Below are positions 26,101-34,736 of a stretch of DNA of 62,434 bases, piece after piece. The notes below the pieces were generated by a model that was given only the letters and a program-made list of their open reading frames with translations, ran no database searches and was not told the DNA's origin. The number at the start of each line of letters is the position of its first letter. Position 1 is the stretch's first letter. The position numbers and the translations under genes were made by a program. Source of the stretch: Candidatus Pacearchaeota archaeon (GTDB lineage Archaea; Nanobdellota; Nanobdellia; Pacearchaeales; GW2011-AR1); the NCBI GenBank assembly GCA_018304025.1, contig JAGVXA010000012.1:1-62434 (forward strand), read 5' to 3'.

Positions 26101-26177
26101 GAGGATTAGTTCAACTTTTTAGAATTCAATTCAATAAAAAATAAAAATAAAATAAATACAGAAAAATAAATTAAAAA

Positions 26178-26285
26178 TTATTCAAAAGACTCGTCGTCTT
26201 CTTCGGGTTCTTCGTCTTCAGACTCTTCTTCGTCTTCAGACTCTTCTTCGTCTTCAAAGTCGTCTGCGTCTTCAGTTATTTCCAT
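26178..26285 (-). CDS. 35-aa extremely acidic peptide MEITEDADDFEDEEESEDEEESEDEEPEEDDESFE
   Basis: Below the track cutoff. ATG preceded by GAGGT. May instead be a low-complexity artefact. Confidence 0.35.
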   Translation of the reverse strand: MEITEDADDFEDEEESEDEEESEDEEPEEDDESFE

Positions 26286-26417
26286 ATCTTTTTTAACCTC
26301 GGATTTAAGTATCTTTTATAACAATTATTTATTTTTAAATGTTGTTGTTCTTGAACGCGTTTGATAAATTTTAAATACTGATAATTAGTAGTAATAGAAA
26401 TTATCTGAGAGAAACTA

Positions 26418-27872
26418 ATGACAGCAAACACAAAAAAAATTATTTCTAAGAGATATTTAAAATCAAGATGGAAACATTTTCTAAGCAGAAATTCGAACGG
26501 GGTTCTGCTTATCGAGGGTGTCAGCGTCGAAGAGCTTCGGAAAAAGTACGGAACTCCGCTGTATGTTTTCGTCGAAGAAGAAGTCAGAAAACGGCTGAGA
26601 GATTTTAAGGGGGCTTTTGATTATTCTGTGTTCAAGCCGGAGTACGCATGCAAATGCAATTCGAATCTCGAAATTTTGAGAATTGCGAGAGAGGAAGGGT
26701 TTGATTTTGATGCGAGCAGCGTCGGAGAAATTATTCTTGGGCTGCTTGCGGATTTCGAGCCGTGGCAGATTAGTTTTACGAATCTTAACAAGACACAGCA
26801 GGATATTTTATTTGCGGCAAGCATTGGGGTGAAATCTATTACTGTTGATTCTCTTGAAGAAATTGACAAGGCGATTGAGGTTGCTTCTAAGCTGAGGAGA
26901 AAAATTCCTCTTTTAATCCGCGTTAATCCTATGATTAAAGAAGGAAAATACTCGACGCAAAACCAGCAATATGGAATCCCTTACGCGTATGCCAAGCGAG
27001 CGATTAACAAAGTTATTTCGGCAGAGTATCTTGAGCTGAAAGGATTTCATTTTCACGGCTCGTATGCGCATAGCCCGAAGGCTTACATTCTTTCTGCTGA
27101 GAAACTTGTAAAACTTGCGCAGTATTGTTTAGGCAAGGGCGTTGAGATTAGTGTTATTGATTTGGGAGGAGGTTTTCCTCCGGAAGCGCCGAGACAATAC
27201 AAGCCGGGAAAATATTTCACGCCTCAGGAACTTGCGGATAAATTCCTTCCTGCTTTTCACAAGATGATTGAACAGAGCGGAATCAGAAAACCTGCGCTGG
27301 TTTTTGAGCCGGGAAAATATATCGTCGCCAATGCAGGCATCGGACTTTTCGAAGTCATCAGCAAAAAAAATCTCAAGAAAAAAGAAATACTTGTGACGAA
27401 CGCTTCGTGCTATTCGATGTTTCCGGATGTTTTGGTTTCGCATGTTAATTATGAAATCCTTCCTGCAAATGATATGCTGTCGAGGAGAACAAATAAATAC
27501 GACATTGCCGGGTGCACTTGCGACTGCCTTGATGTTATCGCCAAAAATCAGATGATGCCTTACATTAATATCGGCGACATGTTCGCGCTGATGGATTGCG
27601 GCGCTTACAGCTATGTAATGGGCTCGAACTTTAACAATCTAAAAAGACCGCCGATGATTTTAATTAAACAAGACGGGGTTGTGAAAATGATCCGCCGTCG
27701 CGATAGATATTCTGAAATGTTCGCTCCTGAACTTGATGTTCTGAAAGTTGCTGATCCTGAAGAATTGAAAAAGTTTTACAATATGTCGAGGGTAAATTTG
27801 AATACGGTTTGGGGGAAGGCGAAGAATGGGAATGGTAATGGGGAGAATGGTGTTGCGGTTAGTGATAAGTGA
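26418..27872 (+). CDS. PLP-dependent Orn/DAP/Arg decarboxylase family protein (LysA-like)
   Basis: GTPLYVF, YACKCNSN, FDASSVGEI, GFHFHGS, DLGGGF, EPGKYIV, GAYS are collinear with group IV decarboxylases. Confidence 0.8.
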   Translation: MTANTKKIISKRYLKSRWKHFLSRNSNGVLLIEGVSVEELRKKYGTPLYVFVEEEVRKRLRDFKGAFDYSVFKPEYACKCNSNLEILRIAREEGFDFDASSVGEIILGLLADFEPWQISFTNLNKTQQDILFAASIGVKSITVDSLEEIDKAIEVASKLRRKIPLLIRVNPMIKEGKYSTQNQQYGIPYAYAKRAINKVISAEYLELKGFHFHGSYAHSPKAYILSAEKLVKLAQYCLGKGVEISVIDLGGGFPPEAPRQYKPGKYFTPQELADKFLPAFHKMIEQSGIRKPALVFEPGKYIVANAGIGLFEVISKKNLKKKEILVTNASCYSMFPDVLVSHVNYEILPANDMLSRRTNKYDIAGCTCDCLDVIAKNQMMPYINIGDMFALMDCGAYSYVMGSNFNNLKRPPMILIKQDGVVKMIRRRDRYSEMFAPELDVLKVADPEELKKFYNMSRVNLNTVWGKAKNGNGNGENGVAVSDK

Positions 27873-27913
27873 GAATGGGATTTTTTAATGGAGAATGTGG
27901 CATGAGAATTGGA

Positions 27914-28222
27914 TTATAATAAATCATTAATTGTTTCAGACATAATTTTCTCTGCTTCTTCGTCGGGGAATTCAATGTCAGGATATTTTGTGTCTTTCTC
28001 TTTTTTTAAGAGATTTAACGAAATTTCGTGGATTTTCTTTTTGTCAGACTCGTTCCAATTAAATTCCAGCGCTTTATTTTGAGCAACACTTCGGTATTCA
28101 ATTATTTCGGATTCTAAAAAATGCTTTGATTCTGGCTTGTTCGTATGCGCGAATACTAATTTATGCAAAGCTATATTTGCAATAACTTTACTCAGCGATT
28201 TTATCACATCATTTTTTCCCAT
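27914..28222 (-). CDS. hypothetical protein, overlaps the upstream nucleotidyltransferase gene by 14 nt
   Basis: 102 aa, helical and charged. No clear HEPN R-x4-H motif. Confidence 0.45.
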   Translation of the reverse strand: MGKNDVIKSLSKVIANIALHKLVFAHTNKPESKHFLESEIIEYRSVAQNKALEFNWNESDKKKIHEISLNLLKKEKDTKYPDIEFPDEEAEKIMSETINDLL

Positions 28223-29030
28223 TTGAAATTATTTCCTTTCTTGTTAATTCAGTAAGTTTATTAAGATAATTCATAGCAATCTTTTTTTCTAGTTTAGAGG
28301 CGGTGTTGTTTTTTAGATTTGTAAGAAGATTTATTCCTATTTGTTCAATTAGCTTTTTGTAAAGAAGAGTATTATCTATAACGCCTTTTAATAATAATCT
28401 GACTAAAATGGTGTTTCTTATCGCGTGATATATTTCGTTTCCTTCAGAATGCTCGTCGACAATGTCGCTCCAATCTAATTTCATCCGCAAGTCTATTCTA
28501 GTTAGTTTTATTTTTTTTGGTATTTTTATATTTCCGTAAATTATTCTGCAGTCTTTGAGCTGGTAAATCAATGATGGGTTGTGGGGATACTGCTGGTAGA
28601 AAGAAACTTTGTCAACAATTTGTATATCTAGCGGAAGGTTTAGAAATTTTGCGTTTTCTGTCAATGAAGAAATAATCTTGTGTTTTTCACTGGACTTTTT
28701 CCACAATTTCTTTTTTGTTATTATTAATATATCGATGTCTTTGTAAGATTTGTAATTTGAATGAACTGCTGAGCCGTAAATAATAATCGAATCTATGCTT
28801 TTTAGATTTTGGAGAATCATCTGTTTTATTTTGTTTTCTATCGAGGGTGCTTTTTGATTGTAGGAAATTCTTTCTAATAGCTCTTTCGCGTTAATACTTT
28901 CAATTTCTTTTAATTTTGGTCTTACAAATCTGCTGAGATAATTTGAATCTTGCTGGTTTAGCTTTTGGTTTTGCAACTTCTTTTTTATTACTTCCAGTTC
29001 TCTGTTTGTCAGGATTGTGCTTTTTATCAT
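28209..29030 (-). CDS. nucleotidyltransferase-domain protein with N-terminal HTH-like segment
   Basis: IIIYGSAVHSNYKSYKDIDILII (GS..DxD). N-terminal TNRELEVIKKKL. Confidence 0.65.
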   Translation of the reverse strand: MIKSTILTNRELEVIKKKLQNQKLNQQDSNYLSRFVRPKLKEIESINAKELLERISYNQKAPSIENKIKQMILQNLKSIDSIIIYGSAVHSNYKSYKDIDILIITKKKLWKKSSEKHKIISSLTENAKFLNLPLDIQIVDKVSFYQQYPHNPSLIYQLKDCRIIYGNIKIPKKIKLTRIDLRMKLDWSDIVDEHSEGNEIYHAIRNTILVRLLLKGVIDNTLLYKKLIEQIGINLLTNLKNNTASKLEKKIAMNYLNKLTELTRKEIISNGKK

Positions 29031-29119
29031 ATAATAGATATAGTTATTAGGTGGTATTTAAGGTTTTTGGGGTTTTTTAGAAGAGAGTTTTATGAAAGAA
29101 AAGTTTAGAATAATAAAAA

Positions 29120-29269
29120 TCCCCCCACCCAGATTCGAACTGGGGATCTTCCGGGGTCTGCTTTCGCAAACCGTTCAATGGCCGGCTTGTCACGTTTCAT
29201 TCTAATCCAACAGGAATGTCCACGCTAGTTTTCTACAGCCAGACGCTCTAACCACTGAGCTATGGGAGG
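29120..29269 (-). tRNA. tRNA-Tyr(GTA) with ~77-nt intron (~29155..29232)
   Basis: CCTCCCA-TA-GCTC-AGTGGTTA-GAGC-G-TCTGG-CTGTAG[intron]-CCGGA-AGATC-CCCAG-TTCGAAT-CTGGG-TGGGGGG-A. The C1-G72 pair is typical of archaeal tRNA-Tyr. Confidence 0.85.
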
Positions 29270-29357
29270 ATATTGAGATTAGGAGAATTAGGTTATTAAA
29301 GGTTTTTGGTTTGAAGGATTAGATTTGTCGGGTAGACAAAATTAGGAAGTTAATTTT

Positions 29358-29633
29358 TTACTTACTCTTTGAAACTACACTTTCAAATGTTTCTCTTGCA
29401 TAACTGTAAAGCTCAGTCACATCTATTTTTTTAGCTAAACTTCTTGATAATTTTGTTTGGAACTCTGGTATATCAACATTATTTAGTTTTTGATAAATTG
29501 CTCTAGCTTCTTCAACTGTGCTTTGTCTGTAGGTGTCTCTGATATTATGTATAGCTTCAACTATGCTAACGTAACTCTTAGCAATTTCTGCTACTTCTTC
29601 TTCTGTATAAACTCTTGTATGTCCGTATCTCAC
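29358..29633 (-). CDS. hypothetical protein
   Basis: 91 aa. Only a GTG start is available. Confidence 0.4.
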   Translation of the reverse strand: MRYGHTRVYTEEEVAEIAKSYVSIVEAIHNIRDTYRQSTVEEARAIYQKLNNVDIPEFQTKLSRSLAKKIDVTELYSYARETFESVVSKSK

Positions 29634-29735
29634 AAAAGGTGCTGTTTACATCCGTATTTAAATTTTTTTGTTATTCTTTCTTAGAAATTAAACTAAACCG
29701 CATAAAGGTTCTTGGTTCATAAATAAAAAATAAAA

Positions 29736-30074
29736 TTATCTTCGCTTTTTTCTGTTTGGCATTGCCTTTGCTCTTGCCTTCGGTGACATTTTCATCCAGG
29801 TTTTTCTTGCGTGCACTGCTTTTTTGGCGAGTTGTTTTTTCGTGCGCAGTTTTGAATCGGTCCAGCCGTATTTTGTTTTTTTGGCGACGACATAATGATG
29901 CCCTTTTCTGCCGACGTCAATAGTCACGTAGCTTCCGACAGGCAATTTTTTTGAAGGGTGCTTGTTTTTCGGAGGCATTGCTTTCTGCCTTGAAGTCGGC
30001 GACATGTTCATCCATTTCTTTCTTGTTTTATTCAAAGCTTTTCTTCTTGCTGTGGTGAATACGTATTCTTCCAT
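29736..30074 (-). CDS. small basic protein with duplicated K-x-W-M-x-M-S-P-x-x-R-x-K-A-M-P motif
   Basis: ATG at 30074 preceded by AAAGGAGGG. Motif copies are KKWMNMSPTSRQKAMP and RKTWMKMSPKARAKAMP. Confidence 0.5.
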   Translation of the reverse strand: MEEYVFTTARRKALNKTRKKWMNMSPTSRQKAMPPKNKHPSKKLPVGSYVTIDVGRKGHHYVVAKKTKYGWTDSKLRTKKQLAKKAVHARKTWMKMSPKARAKAMPNRKKRR

Positions 30075-30140
30075 ATGGTTCCCTCCTTTAATGATAAATA
30101 TAAACAAGGGAGATTTATAAGGGTTTTCAATTAATAAAAT

Positions 30141-31511
30141 CTAACGACTTTCTGTCGTATCACTCACAAAGAAAACTTTATCCGAGAGAATGTGATATAA
30201 TTTGCCGTCGTGCTCGAATGAGGCTGCTGCTGCGGGCAATTCAAACCTGCCGAATGTTTGAATTTTTGAGTAAATGATATACGAAAATACTCTTGTTTCT
30301 CCGGAATTTAGTCTTGGAATTTTCCAAGAGAGTTTTTTTCCGCCTGCAGCGACGGCGTCTGGCTTTGTGCCCGGCCCCTCGTAAAGTTTTGCCATCGCAG
30401 GCAGAGTGTCTGTAATTTGAATGTTGTCAATATGCTTTTTAGCTGTTACGTGCAGATGAACTTTAAGCGCGAATTCCCCGCCCTTTGTCCTGACGTGAGA
30501 AACTTTTTTGATGACTGACAGGTAAGAGCGCGTGTAATACTTGAGGCACAAGACAATAATGACTAACAAAGCCAAAACTAAAAAAGGAAACGTGTAATTA
30601 GTTGTTGACTCGACGACTAAAGATTCGTTCGGTCCAAGATTTTTGCTCCATAAATAGGTTGTGGCTAATCCTGTTCTTTCCACACTGGAATGCAGGGGGG
30701 AATTTACGGTGAACAGCCTCGACAAAACGTCTTTTTTGATTTCAACTTCAGCTGTCACGGGGATATTGCCGACGTTTGTTTTTGTGACAGTTGTTTTTCT
30801 TATTATAAAACCTCCAGAAACTTTTTCAACACTAAGCCCTTCTTTTTCCAGATAATCAATTACTCCCTCAATTTTACCTTCGGCTCCGCCCGGAGTTTCA
30901 ACTTCAGCTGTCAATGTGTAGGGGCCGGCAACTATTTTTTTTGTATTTTTTGTTATCGGAATTGAGAGAGTTGTTTCTTGGTACGGGGAAAGAGAGATTA
31001 TTTTTTTCTCTTCGAAGAATATTGATTTCAAATTTATTGTTGTATTTTCTAAATATGTATTCTCTTTGTTTTCGATTGTTACCTTGGCTTCTGATTCTTC
31101 AGGAGATAATTGGATTTTTTTTATTTGGACAGCTTTTTTTAAGGGAACAACTTTGAGCAATAATTCGTCTTTGAAAATTCCGGATTTCTGTCCGTAAATC
31201 TGATATTCAAGGTTTAGAAAACCGCCGATTTCTCTTAATTTTTCGTTTGGATTGGCTGTAATTTTAATTGTTGTTTTTCCCGCTGGCAGTTCAAAGAATC
31301 CCTCCGGCAGAATTGACATTCCGACTAGAGAATAGATTTGAAATTTTTCTGCTGCGCCTTTATTATTTATCACGAACTCAAAAAACGCCGGATTGTCCAG
31401 TTCTGCGATTACAACAGAGCCCTTGTCTATTTTTTCTACTTCTAAATTTGGAAGGGCATTAATAACTGGTAAAATTAGGAGAATCACCAAGAAAATAAAG
31501 ATTTTTTTCAT
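30141..31511 (-). CDS. hypothetical envelope protein (signal peptide, TM helix near residue 310)
   Basis: 456 aa. Beta-rich ectodomain. No catalytic motif. Confidence 0.6.
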   Translation of the reverse strand: MKKIFIFLVILLILPVINALPNLEVEKIDKGSVVIAELDNPAFFEFVINNKGAAEKFQIYSLVGMSILPEGFFELPAGKTTIKITANPNEKLREIGGFLNLEYQIYGQKSGIFKDELLLKVVPLKKAVQIKKIQLSPEESEAKVTIENKENTYLENTTINLKSIFFEEKKIISLSPYQETTLSIPITKNTKKIVAGPYTLTAEVETPGGAEGKIEGVIDYLEKEGLSVEKVSGGFIIRKTTVTKTNVGNIPVTAEVEIKKDVLSRLFTVNSPLHSSVERTGLATTYLWSKNLGPNESLVVESTTNYTFPFLVLALLVIIVLCLKYYTRSYLSVIKKVSHVRTKGGEFALKVHLHVTAKKHIDNIQITDTLPAMAKLYEGPGTKPDAVAAGGKKLSWKIPRLNSGETRVFSYIIYSKIQTFGRFELPAAAASFEHDGKLYHILSDKVFFVSDTTESR

Positions 31512-31709
31512 GGTATAAGATGTAAGGGGGAATTATATAAATATTGCTGTACTAATTTGTCCCTACATAAATATGACTATTTTGTGGCGCAAATTTAGTG
31601 CGCCGAATTATTAATAATGACTACGGTAATTAATATAGATATATTTGTTAAAATTGTTCACGTTGTTTATAGAATTTTAAAAAAGATTAAGGTTATGCAG
31701 AAATGCTAC

Positions 31710-32210
31710 TTATCTTTTTCCGATTAAATCGAGAAAACTTTTGAGTTCTTCTTTGAAACTTCTGACGTCGTCTTCTACTTTGCCTTTCATGCTGTTTACT
31801 CTTGCGGGAATCAAGTATTTGTTGTATATTTCTCTGAGGAATCTCCATTGCGGAGAGGTTTCCCATTTGCTGTCGTAATCTTTTACGAGCGTGCCCTTTA
31901 TTTCAGCTCCGATTGTCCCCTTGTTCATTTTCTTTTTTTCTCCGTCGATTTCTACTTCGACTTCTGTCATTCCCCAAACTTCGAATGTTATGTCCAATTC
32001 GATTTTGAAGTAATCAGAAATAGCTTTTGTTGCGGCCCATTCTATTCTCAAATCTCTGGCGTTGCCCTTTACTTTTTCAGAGTATTTTTTTTCATTGACT
32101 CCGTATTTCTGCTCTTTGAACCAGGAATGCGCGAATGAATAAAATCCTGCGAAGTCAAACAACCCGCTATGCTCCACTTTCTCTTTTAAAACCGCATCTT
32201 TATCTGTCAT
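31710..32210 (-). CDS. hypothetical cytoplasmic protein
   Basis: 166 aa, ATG start. Confidence 0.55.
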   Translation of the reverse strand: MTDKDAVLKEKVEHSGLFDFAGFYSFAHSWFKEQKYGVNEKKYSEKVKGNARDLRIEWAATKAISDYFKIELDITFEVWGMTEVEVEIDGEKKKMNKGTIGAEIKGTLVKDYDSKWETSPQWRFLREIYNKYLIPARVNSMKGKVEDDVRSFKEELKSFLDLIGKR

Positions 32211-32264
32211 CTTTTTGCTGGTGTTAATTGGGGAGGGAGATATTTAAAGATTGCCCTTACGAAG

Positions 32265-32586
32265 GCTTTGTTGAAAATATTTTTTAGAGTTATCTTGCTC
32301 CCCACCCACTCGCGATCACGTTCGTCATTTGCTTGTTTTTTACTCGAACGTGATGCGCTCGCCACGCCCTACTTGTCCAAATCTTCTTCGCTTCGCTCAG
32401 AAGAAAAACTTTCGTTTTTCATTCGTCCGCCAAGATGTCGAACGAAAGATTTGGTTATTTGGTGCAAGATAACTAAATTAAATTGGATTTCGGCGCGAAT
32501 TGTCGTAACAGTGCGTAATTTGTTAGAAATTCACTTCGTGAATTTCGCGCGCCGAAATTAATTGTTTTTGACTTTTTCAACAAAGC
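32265..32586. mobile_element. MITE, long copy: same TIRs as 4465..4586, with a further ~187-nt palindromic element (32288..32474) nested inside
   Basis: Perfect 13-bp TIR gctttgttgaaaa/ttttcaacaaagc. 11-bp direct repeat cccttacgaag at 32254-32264 and 32587-32597. Confidence 0.75.
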
Positions 32587-32589
32587 CCC

Positions 32590-33519
32590 TTACGAAGAAT
32601 CGATTAAGGTGATTTCCGCCTGATTATTTTCTTTTGACAATTCTTTTTCGTCTGCCTGCACAATAAACGCGATCTTTTCTGTGTTTCTTGGAATTTTCAA
32701 ATTGGTAGCTGTTAATTTCACGCTAAGGCCTATTTCGAGAGCTTGGATATCGAATGTTTTAATTTCTTCATTATTTGCAGTTAAAACGAGCGTTGAGTTT
32801 TCTGAATTTTCTATTCCTTGGTTGGATATTACCACTTCGAAATCCAGATAGTTTCTTATTTTTGCTGCCTTGGCTGTTTCAATTGTCAAGTCGGGGAGAG
32901 AAGGTTCTGAATAAATTCTTGCGATTTCGTCGACGATTTCCTGGCCAATTATTTGTTCGCATCCTGTTTCCGGGTACATTATGCTTTGGGTATTTGAATT
33001 GTGGTCAAATCCCAGAGCGTGAAGGACTTCGTGTATTGCTACTTGCGGAGTATCGCAACTTTCCGGGCGATACAACGAAATCTTGCCTGCTAGAATAACT
33101 GCGTAATTTGTGGCGTTGATAATTTCGGACGGGCCTCCTTCTCCTGCGATGAAATAGTTTTCCTGTTCTGAAGTTGGCTCGACGTTAGAGCACATTACTA
33201 CAATTTCTGGGTTTTTATTTTGCTCTTGAAATGAAAGGATTGTTTTTTCCTGAATTATCGCAAACGCTTCTTCTGCATCGTTTTTCTTTTTTTGCGAGCA
33301 TACCGGCTCGATGTAATAAGTAATTTCTTTATTCTTGTATCTCATATTTGGATAAAACTGCGAGCTTTGCGCCGGGAATTGATAAGTGATATTCTTATGA
33401 TACGGATTAAATTCCATTGATTCTGCGGGAAGAGCCATCCAAAGAAAATACATTCCTATTCCCAGTCCTGCAAATAAGATTATAAGGAGAACGAAAAGCA
33501 AGAAAGTTGAAAACCTCAT
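32590..33519 (-). CDS. membrane-anchored matrixin-like zinc metalloprotease (metzincin)
   Basis: HEVLHALGFDH...SIMYP (HExxHxxGxxH plus Met-turn). N-terminal TM helix. Beta-rich C-terminal domain. Confidence 0.75.
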   Translation of the reverse strand: MRFSTFLLFVLLIILFAGLGIGMYFLWMALPAESMEFNPYHKNITYQFPAQSSQFYPNMRYKNKEITYYIEPVCSQKKKNDAEEAFAIIQEKTILSFQEQNKNPEIVVMCSNVEPTSEQENYFIAGEGGPSEIINATNYAVILAGKISLYRPESCDTPQVAIHEVLHALGFDHNSNTQSIMYPETGCEQIIGQEIVDEIARIYSEPSLPDLTIETAKAAKIRNYLDFEVVISNQGIENSENSTLVLTANNEEIKTFDIQALEIGLSVKLTATNLKIPRNTEKIAFIVQADEKELSKENNQAEITLIDSS

Positions 33520-33569
33520 ATCAAATCATATATAGAGGATTTTATAAAGTTAATCTCACTTAACTAAAC

Positions 33570-33974
33570 ATGAAATACGAATTTTTAGAACACACTGCTG
33601 ACGTTAAATTCCGGGCTTACGGGAAAAACTTGGGAGAATGTTTTGAAAATGTTATTTTAGCATTCAGCGAAATTATTGCAAAGGGCAACAAGATAACTCC
33701 GACGGAAGTTAGGAATATTTCTGTCAAGGGAATTGACAAGAAAAGTCTTTTTTATAAATTTTTGGAGGAGTTGAATTATTTGGCGGAGGGCGGGTTTGTT
33801 GTTTGCTCGGGGAAAGTTAATGTGACGGGGAATTCTCTGAAAGCTAAATTGTATGGAGATTCTGCGGGGAATTATTCTGGTTTGGGAGAGGTAAAAGCTG
33901 CGACTTATGCCGAGATGAGGATTAGCAAGAAGAGCGCTAAGAGATGGCTTGTGCAGGCTGTGCTGGATGTCTGA
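33570..33974 (+). CDS. archease (RtcB activator)
   Basis: MKYEFLEHTADVKFRAYG... and C-terminal KAATYAEM are typical of archease. Confidence 0.85.
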   Translation: MKYEFLEHTADVKFRAYGKNLGECFENVILAFSEIIAKGNKITPTEVRNISVKGIDKKSLFYKFLEELNYLAEGGFVVCSGKVNVTGNSLKAKLYGDSAGNYSGLGEVKAATYAEMRISKKSAKRWLVQAVLDV

Positions 33975-34011
33975 TAACAAGTTTTAAAACCTTCTATTTC
34001 TCTGATTTTTT

Positions 34012-34689
34012 ATGAAACTTTATCACGAGGATATGCCGGAAGAAGCAGAAGTTGCAGCCGCTGCTTTAGAAGAGGTTTATGGAATAAAAAGCAATTTAGA
34101 AAAGATAGAATTGGATGGCGTTTTTACTCCTCTGCCTGAATTTGATGGTTTTCAATCGTCCTCACAACAAATCAGCCAGCATTTAGATTTGGGAAAAGGC
34201 AAATCTGTTTTGGTATTAACACCGAGAGATATATATTATAATAATAAAAGTAAACTAGATGATTGGATTTTTGGATATAGCAATATTTTCGGTTTAAATG
34301 TTGTTAGTTCAGCTAGGATGAAGGGTTTTGATAGTTCCCCAAGCAGAGAATTGGTTGTGCCTAAAAATGTTTTTTTGGGAAGATTGCTGCAAGTAGTTGT
34401 ACATGAAATTGGACACGATGTTGTTCACGGAAAGCATTTTAAGAAGACTTATTGGGTGAACACAAAAAAAGGTTATAAACTTCCGTTAGGCTCTCATTGT
34501 TCTGATAATCGGTGCGTGATGTATGAAGTTGTAGATATAAACGCACCTCCCCGAGAGGAAGGGCATATGAAACTGGGAAATGAGAAGAAGTATGATACTG
34601 GACTTGATGAAACGATTAAAAGGAGATATCCAGAATGGTTTTGCAACGATTGCAGGTCTTCAGTCCGGATTACTGGTTCTTATAGTTAA
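34012..34689 (+). CDS. amzA: archaemetzincin-like zinc peptidase (M54)
   Basis: HEIGHDVVHGKH, then CSDNRCVM and a distal CNDC, matching the HExxHxxGx3Cx4CxM...CxxC architecture. Confidence 0.7.
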   Translation: MKLYHEDMPEEAEVAAAALEEVYGIKSNLEKIELDGVFTPLPEFDGFQSSSQQISQHLDLGKGKSVLVLTPRDIYYNNKSKLDDWIFGYSNIFGLNVVSSARMKGFDSSPSRELVVPKNVFLGRLLQVVVHEIGHDVVHGKHFKKTYWVNTKKGYKLPLGSHCSDNRCVMYEVVDINAPPREEGHMKLGNEKKYDTGLDETIKRRYPEWFCNDCRSSVRITGSYS

Positions 34690-34736
34690 TTTAGATTTAT
34701 AACAAGACTTAAATGTTATAGTTTCTTTTGGATTAA

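Noticed and set aside
27914-32210. Integrated virus or plasmid at tRNA-Tyr (hypothetical genes on both sides)
   Set aside because: No integrase, no duplicated tRNA-Tyr segment and no capsid or replication signatures were seen. Only a cluster of unknown genes is present.
32268-32561. 97-aa ORF (TTG start)
   Set aside because: It lies entirely inside the MITE and nested palindromes, has a non-ATG start, and has a low-complexity translation.
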